A stretch of DNA of 64,000 nt from Elusimicrobiota bacterium. GTDB lineage: Bacteria > CG03 > SLGR01 > JAGXOG01. The position numbers were made by a program, and so were the translations under genes. Every line of letters begins with the position of its first letter. Position 1 is the first letter of the stretch. Under the pieces are notes generated by a model. The model was not told the DNA's origin and did no database searches. It saw only the letters and a program-made list of their open reading frames with translations. This document shows positions 29,063 to 37,781 of this stretch, piece by piece. The DNA lies in the NCBI GenBank assembly GCA_051745145.1, contig JBNJDT010000001.1, positions 1-64,000 on the forward strand, in the 5' to 3' direction.

Positions 29063-30400
29063 TTATTTAAACTCCCTTAATATTTCATCAAATTTCTCTC
29101 TCCGGGAAGCTTTTAAAACTATAACAGAATTTTCATCAGATACTTTTCGTATAATATCAGCTGCTTCTTTTTTAGTTTTAAACAGATAAATACCCCCATC
29201 TTTCATACCCCCGTCTTGAGCACCCTGCCTTAGCTCTTTCCCGTTTCTGCCGGAACTTAAGATATATTTAACATTAGGTATTTTTCCGATAAATTCACCG
29301 ACTTCCCGATGCAGCTTGGGGGCGTATTCTCCCAGTTCATGCATCTCTCCTACAACGGCAACTATATTTTTATCCGGATACATTGAAGCAATTTCCCGGA
29401 ATAATTCTTTCACCGCTGTGGGATTAGCATTGTAAGAATCATCGATAAATTTTATCCCGGCTAGATTAACTTTTTTCATTCTGTGGGCCCGGGTGTCAAA
29501 TTTTTTTATTGCCGTTTTTATATTCTCTTTTTTAATATTAAAAATTTTCGCCATTGCTATAGCGGCAAGAGCATTATACACATTGAATTTACCCGGAATC
29601 TTTATACTATAGTTTTCTCCGTTAATTTTAAACCGACTGCCCTCCATATTACAGCTAATTAAATCGGCCTTTATATCCGCTCCATTTTTAAAGCCAAAAC
29701 CCAGCTTGTTAATACCGTAGTTTTCCGCTTTTTCTCTTACGTTTTTCTGATCGTAATTATATACCAGATAACCGGATTCACTTATATTATCTACAAGTTC
29801 AAACTTTGTTTTAAGTATATTCTTGTAACTTCCAAAATAACCTATATGGGCATCGTTAACATTAGTTATTACTCCCACATCAAGATGAATCAAATCAGAA
29901 AGCTTTGCTATTTCCCCCCGATTATTGGCCCCCATTTCAAATACACCGATTTCTTTTTCCGGCTCTATATTAAGTAATGTAAGCGGAATGCCAATATTAT
30001 TATTAAAACTTTTCGGCGTAGCAGCCACGTTTACCTCAGTACTCAATAACTTTTCAGTTAACCCCACTGTTGTTGTCTTTCCCGACGAACCGGTAATCCC
30101 CACAGCAGATAATTTTAATATTTTTCGATAATTCCGGGCCGCTTCCCAGAGAGCCTTAAGTGTTGAAGACACAACGATATCACATTTTTGCTGTTCCCCT
30201 ATTGTATATCCCCCTTTTTCCCGGACTTCTTCTACATAATCATGTCCATCATTGTTCTCACCTTTTAAACAGAAAAAAAGACTTCCCTCAAAAGCCTGGC
30301 GGGAATCAATTACGGCTCCATTAACTTTCAGATGATCAGCTCTATTTAATTCCCCCTCCGTCCATGCGGCAATCTTTCCTAATTTAATTTTTTTCATCAA
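29063..30400 (-). CDS. murF: UDP-MurNAc-tripeptide--D-Ala-D-Ala ligase
   Basis: DSR, GITGSSGKTT, FNN.IGIP, DDSYNANP, M.ELG, KASR. Confidence 0.95.
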   Translation of the reverse strand: MMKKIKLGKIAAWTEGELNRADHLKVNGAVIDSRQAFEGSLFFCLKGENNDGHDYVEEVREKGGYTIGEQQKCDIVVSSTLKALWEAARNYRKILKLSAVGITGSSGKTTTVGLTEKLLSTEVNVAATPKSFNNNIGIPLTLLNIEPEKEIGVFEMGANNRGEIAKLSDLIHLDVGVITNVNDAHIGYFGSYKNILKTKFELVDNISESGYLVYNYDQKNVREKAENYGINKLGFGFKNGADIKADLISCNMEGSRFKINGENYSIKIPGKFNVYNALAAIAMAKIFNIKKENIKTAIKKFDTRAHRMKKVNLAGIKFIDDSYNANPTAVKELFREIASMYPDKNIVAVVGEMHELGEYAPKLHREVGEFIGKIPNVKYILSSGRNGKELRQGAQDGGMKDGGIYLFKTKKEAADIIRKVSDENSVIVLKASRREKFDEILREFK

Positions 30401-30448
30401 ACTTATTATATCGGGTTTCCTGGTATCAAATTAACAGATACAATAATT

Positions 30449-31906
30449 TTAAAGATATTTTCTAACTACTTTTCTATCTGAAAAAGGAAATTTTTTATCT
30501 TTAAAGATCTGGTATTCTTCATCTCCTTTACCGGCTATTAATATACAATCATCTGTTCCGGCTCTGGATACTGCTTCCTTTATCGCTTTCTCCCTGTCTT
30601 TTATAACATAATAAGGGGTAGATGTTTTTCGCAAACCCAATTCTATATCCAATAAGATATCAACCGGATTTTCCCACCGGGGATTATCTGAAGTCACGTA
30701 AACAACATCGGCATAATTACCGGCAATTTGTCCCATAAGCGGTCTTTTTTCCCTATCCCTATCTCCGCCGCAGCCAAACAGACAGATTAGTCTGCCCGTA
30801 TTTAATTCCCTTAACGTTCTTAATACATTATCCAGGGCGTCCGGAGTATGGGCATAATCTATTACTACGGATTTATTATCCTCCCCCTCTGATCTTACTA
30901 TCTCCAGTCTTCCTTTTACCGGAGAAACTTCTGATATAACTTTACATACCTGTTGCATATCTTTACCTCCTTCTATTCCTGCCGCTATGGCAGCCAAACT
31001 ATTATATATATTAAATTCTCCTATAAGTTTAGTTTTTATCTTTTTCTCTAAATTTCGGTTTTTTAAGATAAATTCACTTTTAACCATATCTAATTTTTTA
31101 AGTTCTGCCCGATAATCCGCCTTTTCTTTAATTCCGTAAGTGACAGTCTTATAATTACTCGCCGAACAATGCTCTTTAACTAACCGGGTCCCATATTTAT
31201 CATCATTATTTACAATTGCCACTCCCTCCGGACTCAATAAATCAAATAAATGTTTCTTACTTTTGAAATACCCCTCAAAACCTCCGTGAAACTCCAGATG
31301 ATCTCTGGTAAGATTGGTAAATACTGCTGTATCAAATTTTATATCTTCAACCCTTTTTAGAGAAAGAGCGTGGGAAGAAACTTCCATAACTATATTTTTA
31401 ACCCCCTGGTCTAGTAATTTTTTAAATAATCTATGTAATTCATTAGGTAAAGGAGTGGTCATATCGAAATTTCCGGTCTCATTTTTATAAAAATACCCGG
31501 AAGTTCCTATAAGAGCGGTGCACTCCTGTTTTTTAAGTATTCTGTATATTAAATTTGTAACTGTCGTTTTCCCGTTAGTTCCCGTCACTCCCGTAAAAGA
31601 TATTTTTTTTGCCGGAAACCCATTAATAGCTGCCGACCATTTAGAAAGAACCCGGCGGGGTTCATCTACCACTATGTCGGGGATATAACTATTACCGGTA
31701 TTCTCATCGCTGACCACCGCTAACGCCCCATTTGAAGCAGCTTCTTTTATATATTCTTTGCCGTGGGTTTTCGAACCCGGAAAAGCAAAAAACAATCCGT
31801 CTTTTTTTACTTTTTTAGAACTTGTATAAATATCATTTATTTCAATATTAAAGTCCCCGTCGAAAAAATCAGGCTTATAGTATTCAAATAAATCAGCTAA
31901 TCTCAT
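30449..31906 (-). CDS. murE: UDP-MurNAc-L-Ala-D-Glu--meso-diaminopimelate ligase
   Basis: TGTNGKTT, MEVSSH, DYAHTPD, GCGGDRD..KR, DNPR (m-DAP-type specificity motif). Confidence 0.95.
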   Translation of the reverse strand: MRLADLFEYYKPDFFDGDFNIEINDIYTSSKKVKKDGLFFAFPGSKTHGKEYIKEAASNGALAVVSDENTGNSYIPDIVVDEPRRVLSKWSAAINGFPAKKISFTGVTGTNGKTTVTNLIYRILKKQECTALIGTSGYFYKNETGNFDMTTPLPNELHRLFKKLLDQGVKNIVMEVSSHALSLKRVEDIKFDTAVFTNLTRDHLEFHGGFEGYFKSKKHLFDLLSPEGVAIVNNDDKYGTRLVKEHCSASNYKTVTYGIKEKADYRAELKKLDMVKSEFILKNRNLEKKIKTKLIGEFNIYNSLAAIAAGIEGGKDMQQVCKVISEVSPVKGRLEIVRSEGEDNKSVVIDYAHTPDALDNVLRTLRELNTGRLICLFGCGGDRDREKRPLMGQIAGNYADVVYVTSDNPRWENPVDILLDIELGLRKTSTPYYVIKDREKAIKEAVSRAGTDDCILIAGKGDEEYQIFKDKKFPFSDRKVVRKYL

Positions 31907-31908
31907 TT

Positions 31909-33597
31909 TTACTTTTTCCGTACCATATAATTCTCACCAATTACATTAGAATAACTTAAAGCGGACCGGGCAATTTTAGAAAATACGGGTGCCGCCACAT
32001 ATCCTCCCCAGTGTAACCTGCCCGCCGGCTCATCAAAAATTACCAGTATTGTATATTTAGGATCATCAACCGGAACAAACCCGCCGAAAAGAGCCACATA
32101 TTTATCCTCGGCATAATTCCCGGTACCCGGTTCAGATTTCTGGGCGGTGCCGGTTTTTCCTGCTGTTTTGTAACCCGGTACTTTCCCCTGAGAACCAGAG
32201 CCGTTCTCCACAACCTGATAGAGAATTTCTTTCATTTTTTCAGCCACACCGCTACTTATTACTCGCCTTACAGGCATAATTTCATAATTACGGCTGTTTT
32301 TTTCAGAAACCACTTCTTTTACAATACGGGGTTCATACAAAATGCCCCCGTTCGCTATAGTGGAAAAAGCCCCTACTAGTTGGATGGCGGTAACCCCCAC
32401 TTCCTGACCAAACGAAATACGAGAAACACTGGTACCCGACCATCTATCAGGCTTTCGTAAAATACCTCTTACTTCCCCGGGAAGACGAATCCCAGTAAAA
32501 TTTCCGAATCCAAAATCCCGGCCATATTTATACAATAATTTTTCACCTAATCTATCTCCTATCTTTGCCAGTCCAATATTAGAAGAATAGAGCATACACT
32601 CTTTAAAAGTGAGTTCATCATAGGGATTAAAATCTCTAATGGGAAAACCCCCGACTTCGTATTTCCCGCCTTCACAATCTATGACTTCATCGGGTTCTAC
32701 TAAATCTTCTTCAAGAGCAGCAGCGGCGGTAACAATCTTAAAAGTGGACCCGGGTTCAAATATATTGGAAACCGCCTTATTTTTTAACTTACTATTATCT
32801 TTACTTACCCCCCGGTTATTATCCCCCCCCGGGTAAGTAGCCATAGCTAAAATTTCACCGGTATGGGGGTCCTGTATTATTCCCATAGCCCATTTAGGAT
32901 CATATTTTTTAAATCCTTTTTTTAACTCACGATGGACAATATACTGCAAATTTGTATCAAGCGTCAGAGTTATCTCTGCCGGTTTGTAAGCCGCTTTTTC
33001 TTTGTTTCTTATAATCCTTCTTCTGGCAGCATCAACTAATACTTTACTATCCGATTTTTTTTGTTTTAACTGCCGGTTAAAATTAAATTCAATCCCGGAA
33101 AGTCCCTGATTATCCATTCCCACCCAGCCTATAACCGAAGAAGCCAGAGGTGCCCGGGGATAAAAACGGGAATTTTCTTTTTCAATAACTAAACCTGACG
33201 AGGTATAATCATCCAACTGTTCTATTTTATAAGGTGAAACTTTACGGGCCAGCCAGAAGAATGAATTACGTGAGCTGAAAAATCTGCTAATTTTTTTATA
33301 GCCTATATTTAAATTATTACTTAAATTTCTCTTTAAATTAACTCCGGCTTTACTTTGAGCAGGGTTATACCCTATTGAATAGGAGTGTTTATTTATGGCC
33401 AACTTTTCTCCGGTTCTGTCATAAATATTCCCCCGTGAAGGAGAAGATACGGATTTACCGGTTGTATAACGATTTCTGGCTTTTTTGGCATAATAATCAT
33501 GTCTTACGAACTGCACAAATAAAAGCCGGATTCCCAACCCTCCAAAAAACAAAAAAATAAAAAAGAAGACTAAACTTAAACGCGCTTTAATTTTCAT
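31909..33597 (-). CDS. ftsI: Division transpeptidase (class B PBP)
   Basis: N-terminal TM, RGNIYDR, STFK (SxxK), SSN (SxN), KTGTAQK. Confidence 0.92.
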   Translation of the reverse strand: MKIKARLSLVFFFIFLFFGGLGIRLLFVQFVRHDYYAKKARNRYTTGKSVSSPSRGNIYDRTGEKLAINKHSYSIGYNPAQSKAGVNLKRNLSNNLNIGYKKISRFFSSRNSFFWLARKVSPYKIEQLDDYTSSGLVIEKENSRFYPRAPLASSVIGWVGMDNQGLSGIEFNFNRQLKQKKSDSKVLVDAARRRIIRNKEKAAYKPAEITLTLDTNLQYIVHRELKKGFKKYDPKWAMGIIQDPHTGEILAMATYPGGDNNRGVSKDNSKLKNKAVSNIFEPGSTFKIVTAAAALEEDLVEPDEVIDCEGGKYEVGGFPIRDFNPYDELTFKECMLYSSNIGLAKIGDRLGEKLLYKYGRDFGFGNFTGIRLPGEVRGILRKPDRWSGTSVSRISFGQEVGVTAIQLVGAFSTIANGGILYEPRIVKEVVSEKNSRNYEIMPVRRVISSGVAEKMKEILYQVVENGSGSQGKVPGYKTAGKTGTAQKSEPGTGNYAEDKYVALFGGFVPVDDPKYTILVIFDEPAGRLHWGGYVAAPVFSKIARSALSYSNVIGENYMVRKK

Positions 33598-33653
33598 AAC
33601 TAATATTAATCGTAGAAACTATAATTTTAATATAGTAAAAAATTGTTATATTT

Positions 33654-34040
33654 TTATTCGGCACGTGCTTCTCCGGGAGAAAACAAATTTTTAATATATA
33701 CTAATAAAGAATCCGCCTGCAAATTATAATCTTTAATCTCCTGTTTATTTACCCGGAGAACTTCAATATCAGACGGCTCAGGCAATTGCATATTAAAATC
33801 ATCTCTGGCTTTCCTATCTATATTTGCCAGTGAGCAACGGGAATGTACTTGTTTCATAAGATCCTGATTTTTTACTTCACACCTTTTTATTTCTTGTTTT
33901 AAATCCGTTATTTTATACCCAAGTTTAAATATCATTACTCTCTGCCACGTAATTAGCATTACCACTCCTATTAAAAAAACAAATAATACCCGCATAATAT
34001 TTTTTATTTTTTTTCCGGCACCTTTTCGCAACCTTCTCAT
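33654..34040 (-). CDS. ftsL: FtsL-like bitopic cell division protein
   Basis: Basic N-terminus, one TM, coiled coil; between rsmH and ftsI. Confidence 0.65.
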   Translation of the reverse strand: MRRLRKGAGKKIKNIMRVLFVFLIGVVMLITWQRVMIFKLGYKITDLKQEIKRCEVKNQDLMKQVHSRCSLANIDRKARDDFNMQLPEPSDIEVLRVNKQEIKDYNLQADSLLVYIKNLFSPGEARAE

Positions 34041-35014
34041 CTTTTAACTATCTCACACGCCCTAAGATGAGCACTCCGTGCCGACCGATTTTTATTAACT
34101 TCCCTTTCAGTCGGCTGCAGGCCAGATTCTTTCAGAATTTTTATCCTCGGCGTTATAGTATCAGCTCCACAGCGACACACAGGGAAATCAGGCGGACATT
34201 CACATTTTCCGGAAAATTTTCTAAATATACTTTTAACTATCCTATCCTCTAAAGAATGGTAAGTTAATACTGCTAATCTGCCCTTATGACCATCGGAAGC
34301 AGAGCAAGACAGTAATTTCAAACACTTTGGTAAACTCTCTTTAAGGATATTAAGTTCATTATTTATAAATATTCTTAATGCCTGAAAAGTTTTTGTCGCC
34401 GGATTTCTTCCTTTCGGCGTTGATCTTTTTGCCTTACTGACTATGGATTGCAATTCTCGCGCGGTCATGATCTTTTTATTTTTCCTATACTCCTGAATTT
34501 TTTTTGCAATACGTTTAGATTCATACTCCTGTCCGTAATTTTTTAACACCTTTTCAATCTCTCCTGCCGGTGCTTTATTAATCCACCCATGAACCGGCAT
34601 TCCGAAATTAGTATTATAGCGCATATCCAACTTTTCATTACTTTTAAAACTAAATCCTCTTTTTTTAGTGGCAATTTGCCTCTGAGAGAATCCCAGATCT
34701 AATAAAATACCATCTACACAATCTATATTCAGTTTACCGAGTATCTTATCTAAATTTTCATAACTTCCATTAAATAATTTGAAACTTGCTTTTTCCTTCT
34801 GAATATCAGACAATCTTTTTTCAGCTACTTTCAACATTTCACTGTCTCTGTCTATTCCTATTAGCAAGCCGCCGGGCGTTAACCTTTTTAAAATTAATTC
34901 AGAATGTCCCCCTTCCCCTACAGTACCGTCAACAATTATATCGGCCGCATCGTTACAGAGAACTTTGATAACTTCTTTTGCAAGAACCGGCTTATGATAA
35001 TAATTTGTTTTCAA
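34037..35014 (-). CDS. rsmH: 16S rRNA m4C1402 methyltransferase
   Basis: HKPVL, DGTVGEGGHS, DLG.S..Q, FQALRIFIN.EL, HSLEDRIVK, N.SARSA.LR. Confidence 0.96.
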   Translation of the reverse strand: MKTNYYHKPVLAKEVIKVLCNDAADIIVDGTVGEGGHSELILKRLTPGGLLIGIDRDSEMLKVAEKRLSDIQKEKASFKLFNGSYENLDKILGKLNIDCVDGILLDLGFSQRQIATKKRGFSFKSNEKLDMRYNTNFGMPVHGWINKAPAGEIEKVLKNYGQEYESKRIAKKIQEYRKNKKIMTARELQSIVSKAKRSTPKGRNPATKTFQALRIFINNELNILKESLPKCLKLLSCSASDGHKGRLAVLTYHSLEDRIVKSIFRKFSGKCECPPDFPVCRCGADTITPRIKILKESGLQPTEREVNKNRSARSAHLRACEIVKR

Positions 35015-35023
35015 ATTGTTAGC

Positions 35024-35461
35024 TTATATATTTAAATCGACAATATTTTCGGCTAAATCAGAAAATTGGTCTTCTTTTGAAGCAGAATATTTTTCCCACC
35101 GGCCGGGATTCCAAATTTCCAGCCTGTTTAACATTCCAATTATGACTCCTTTATCTTCCAACTCTGCATATTTAGCTAAATTTTCTGGGATAAGTATTCG
35201 CCCCTGCTTATCTGAACTAATATTTTTGGCGCCGGACAAAAATACTCTCAAAAACCCCCTGCTGTCTTTTTTAGTAAGAGGGATCTCTTTTATTTTCTTA
35301 GTTATTTTTTCCCACTCTGTATCGGGGAATAAAAAAAGGCATCTTTCCATTCCTACTGTAACTACCCAATCCCGGGTAATTTTTAAGTCTGACGGAATAA
35401 AAAGACGCCTCTTTGTATCTATTTTATGTGTATATTGTCCTATTAATTTATCTGATTTCAC
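35024..35461 (-). CDS. mraZ: Division/cell-wall cluster transcriptional regulator MraZ
   Basis: GQY.HKIDTKRRLFIP, DKQGRILIP, LEIW. Start set at GTG 35461 (GGAG 7 nt upstream, 145 aa); the track's TTG at 35500 lies inside the promoter. Confidence 0.92.
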   Translation of the reverse strand: MKSDKLIGQYTHKIDTKRRLFIPSDLKITRDWVVTVGMERCLFLFPDTEWEKITKKIKEIPLTKKDSRGFLRVFLSGAKNISSDKQGRILIPENLAKYAELEDKGVIIGMLNRLEIWNPGRWEKYSASKEDQFSDLAENIVDLNI

Positions 35462-35484
35462 CACTTTGCTCCATTTCGCTCCAC
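35461..35484 (-). promoter_or_regulatory. Three MraZ-box-like direct repeats
   Basis: Minus strand reads GTGGagcgaa ATGGagcaaa GTGG, a 10-nt period between the promoter and the mraZ start, matching the known GTGG-N6 MraZ operator arrangement. Confidence 0.75.
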
Positions 35485-35491
35485 CGTTTTT

Positions 35492-35520
35492 TTTATACAA
35501 AAAAAACTAAATTATGTCAA
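35492..35520 (-). promoter_or_regulatory. Sigma70-type promoter of the dcw cluster
   Basis: TTGACA (35520-35515), 17-nt spacer, TATAAA (35497-35492), just upstream of the MraZ boxes. Confidence 0.75.
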
Positions 35521-35584
35521 GATTTTTTAATTAATATTAAGGAGGGAAATTATAAAATTAAAGTTGGGGAGTTATCCACTAAAA

Positions 35585-36016
35585 CTATTCGCTGAATTTT
35601 TGTTTTATTTTTTGATCTTCCCGGGATAAATCTTCCAGTTTTTCAGCAATACTGTTTATCTCATCAGCTATTTTTAAAAATTCATCGGCGGTTCTGAGTT
35701 GAAGATTAATATCAAAATTTCCTTTTCGAATATTTTCCAGCGCCCACTCCACTCTTTTTACGGGTCCAATAACTTTATGAGAGAGGAAAATACCCGCTAA
35801 AAATGTGGCCCCCAGTAATAACAGGACCCTTATAATATAAGCATCCCACTGCACTAATTGATTTAATCTTTCCGGAGTAACTTTAGTAGAAAGCTCCCAG
35901 TAAGTCAAGCCCCCTATAACACCGGCTCCGATTAAAACTGCCAGCATCATTACTAAAGTAAATTTCAACTGGTATTTTTTTTCAGTAAGATATATTTTTC
36001 TTTTATATTTAACCAA
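35585..36016 (-). CDS. Small two-TM membrane protein with HAMP domain
   Basis: Two TM segments followed by SHKVIGPVKR...GNF...LR.ADEF..IA..IN; AGGAGG RBS before TTG. Confidence 0.75.
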   Translation of the reverse strand: MVKYKRKIYLTEKKYQLKFTLVMMLAVLIGAGVIGGLTYWELSTKVTPERLNQLVQWDAYIIRVLLLLGATFLAGIFLSHKVIGPVKRVEWALENIRKGNFDINLQLRTADEFLKIADEINSIAEKLEDLSREDQKIKQKFSE

Positions 36017-36085
36017 TCGATTTACCTCCTGTTGCCATTTTTTTTAAAACCCAATTTATATTCAATTTGTATGCCTGTAAAACTA

Positions 36086-36333
36086 AAAAGAAACTTCTGT
36101 AAGCCGGATTCTGTTTTAACGGTCATTTATCTGGGCGGTCTACCCAAAGCTCAAATGCCACGGGCCGCGGCTCGCTTTCTATTTGACCTCGCTTTTTCCG
36201 GGGTTTAACCTTTTCACTACGGCATTTCCGTACTTAGTTTCTGTGTCACTTTCCCGAAATGCCCTGTAAAGTCCGGACTTTCCTCTCCCTAATTAATATC
36301 TAATCAGAGAGCGACCGATCAGAAGTTTCTTTT
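36086..36333 (-). ncRNA. rnpB: RNase P RNA, unusually short (about 240-248 nt)
   Basis: GAGGAAAGUCCGG and ACAGAAUCCGGCUUA (P4 halves), 14-bp terminal P1 (36333-36320 with 36099-36086), ACAGAAA and GUGAAA conserved regions, P15-P17 and the P6 pseudoknot pairings; downstream of rnhA. Confidence 0.92.
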
Positions 36334-36380
36334 AATTATTATTTAACTTTACTCTGAAATTTTAAATCCTGCGGCCAATG

Positions 36381-36812
36381 TTATTTACGTGATTCTAGTA
36401 TTCCGGTGGCCAGACGGTGGGGAACTTTAGTATGCTCCCTGTTTAAAAACTCGTAATTTATACTGTTAAAATCCTTCTCTACTTTTTTTATTCTATTATA
36501 TATTTTTTTTAAATTCAAGTTATTTACTTTATATTTTCCATTTAATTGCCGTATTATCAACTGAGAATCGGAATATACTTTTAAGTTTTTTACTCCTAAA
36601 TCCACACTTCTTAAAAGTCCTTCTTCAATAGCTCGGTATTCAGCTACATTATTGGTAGTATGTCCCAGAAAAACGCCGGATTTATATATCTCTTCTTCGG
36701 TAGCATTATACAGAACTACACCTAAGGACGACGGACCGGGATTACCCCAGCTTGCGCCATCCGCATACATTACGTACCCTTTATCTTTTTTAGAAATTTT
36801 ATTTTTTTTCAA
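36381..36812 (-). CDS. rnhA: Ribonuclease HI family protein
   Basis: YADGASWGNPG, TNNVAEY, SDSQLII.Q.NG.YKV. Start uncertain (TTG 36812 chosen; track gives 36872). Confidence 0.85.
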   Translation of the reverse strand: MKKNKISKKDKGYVMYADGASWGNPGPSSLGVVLYNATEEEIYKSGVFLGHTTNNVAEYRAIEEGLLRSVDLGVKNLKVYSDSQLIIRQLNGKYKVNNLNLKKIYNRIKKVEKDFNSINYEFLNREHTKVPHRLATGILESRK

Positions 36813-37512
36813 TATAGAGAAATCTATAGCAATTTTCACACCGGGGTAATTTTTTGCCGGATTTTGCTTCATTTATCTTTTGGGGAGTTAACTGTGAATG
36901 GCAACCCGAGCAACTCATTTTTTCCACTTTAACCAGAGCATTGCTTTTTTGGGATTTAATTTTATCATATCTTTTTAAAATATTATCTTCAATTTCTTCT
37001 CTGCACGGTTCTATTTTTTCTTCAATTTGCTCCAGGTTGGTCTGTAATTTTTTTTCTTCGTTCTTTAGAGTTTTTTGAGTGGCTTTTATCTCTTTATTTT
37101 TCTGCTCAAGCTTTTTTTCTAATTTTTTTATACTTTCTTCATTTTTATCAATTTGTTCGTAACAACTGAGAATTTCATTTTCTATTTCATCTATTTCTTT
37201 TTCCTTGTTTTTAATCTCCTGTTGCATTTTACGGTAAGCTTCATTACTCTTTAAAGTGTTTAATTTCCCCTTGTGATCAACAATAAAATCATGAGCATCC
37301 GACTGGTCCATCTCTTTAGTATTTAAAATATTTTTTGTTTCTTTTAAATCTTCCCGGGCCTGTTTTAACCTAACTTTAACATCGTCGGCTTCTTTTTTTT
37401 CTGCTTTAATTAAACGGGGGATTTCATTAAGGCGTTCCAGAATATCATTTCTGATAAGATCTAATTCCTGAAGTTTTTTTAAATTTTCTAACGTTGATTG
37501 TGTTACTTCCAT
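36799..37512 (-). CDS. Coiled-coil protein with C-terminal C4 zinc ribbon (DUF164-like)
   Basis: L.KLQELD start, long coiled coil, CSGC...CENC.RFLY. Start moved to ATG 37512 because the track's start lies inside tRNA-Val. Confidence 0.85.
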   Translation of the reverse strand: MEVTQSTLENLKKLQELDLIRNDILERLNEIPRLIKAEKKEADDVKVRLKQAREDLKETKNILNTKEMDQSDAHDFIVDHKGKLNTLKSNEAYRKMQQEIKNKEKEIDEIENEILSCYEQIDKNEESIKKLEKKLEQKNKEIKATQKTLKNEEKKLQTNLEQIEEKIEPCREEIEDNILKRYDKIKSQKSNALVKVEKMSCSGCHSQLTPQKINEAKSGKKLPRCENCYRFLYIEKK

Positions 37513-37550
37513 TAATAGCACCTTTTTTGAATTAAATTTTTCACTTTCTA

Positions 37551-37626
37551 TGGTGGGCAATGCAGGATTTGAACCTGCGGCCTTTCGGATGTGAACCGAA
37601 CACTCTCACCACTGAGCTAATTGCCC
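37551..37626 (-). tRNA. tRNA-Val(CAC)
   Basis: GGGCAAU/AUUGCCC acceptor stem with ACCA, anticodon arm UUCGG-UUCACAU-CCGAA, GGUUCAAAUCC T-arm. Confidence 0.95.
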
Positions 37627-37650
37627 GTGTTAGCTTAAAAACTTTAAATA

Positions 37651-37727
37651 TGGTGGGCCCACCAGGACTTGAACCTGGGACACCCTGATTATGAGTCAGG
37701 TGCTCTAACCAACTGAGCTACGGGCCC
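37651..37727 (-). tRNA. tRNA with CAU anticodon, probably tRNA-Ile2 (lysidine-modified)
   Basis: GGGCCCG/UGGGCCC acceptor stem with ACCA, CCUGA-CUCAUAA-UCAGG. A paired G1-C72 excludes the initiator; C4-G69 and C5-G68 favour Ile2 over elongator Met. Confidence 0.88.
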
Positions 37728-37781
37728 ATTAATTTTATTTTTTATATTTTTTTTATAGAAATGTCAAATTGAAAACTTTTA

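Noticed and set aside
35572..35580. DnaA-box-like TTATCCACT upstream of the dcw promoter
   Set aside because: Single copy with a mismatch and no cluster; expected by chance.
37513..37560. N-terminal extension of the zinc-ribbon ORF
   Set aside because: The start lies inside tRNA-Val; ATG 37512 has an AAGGTG RBS.
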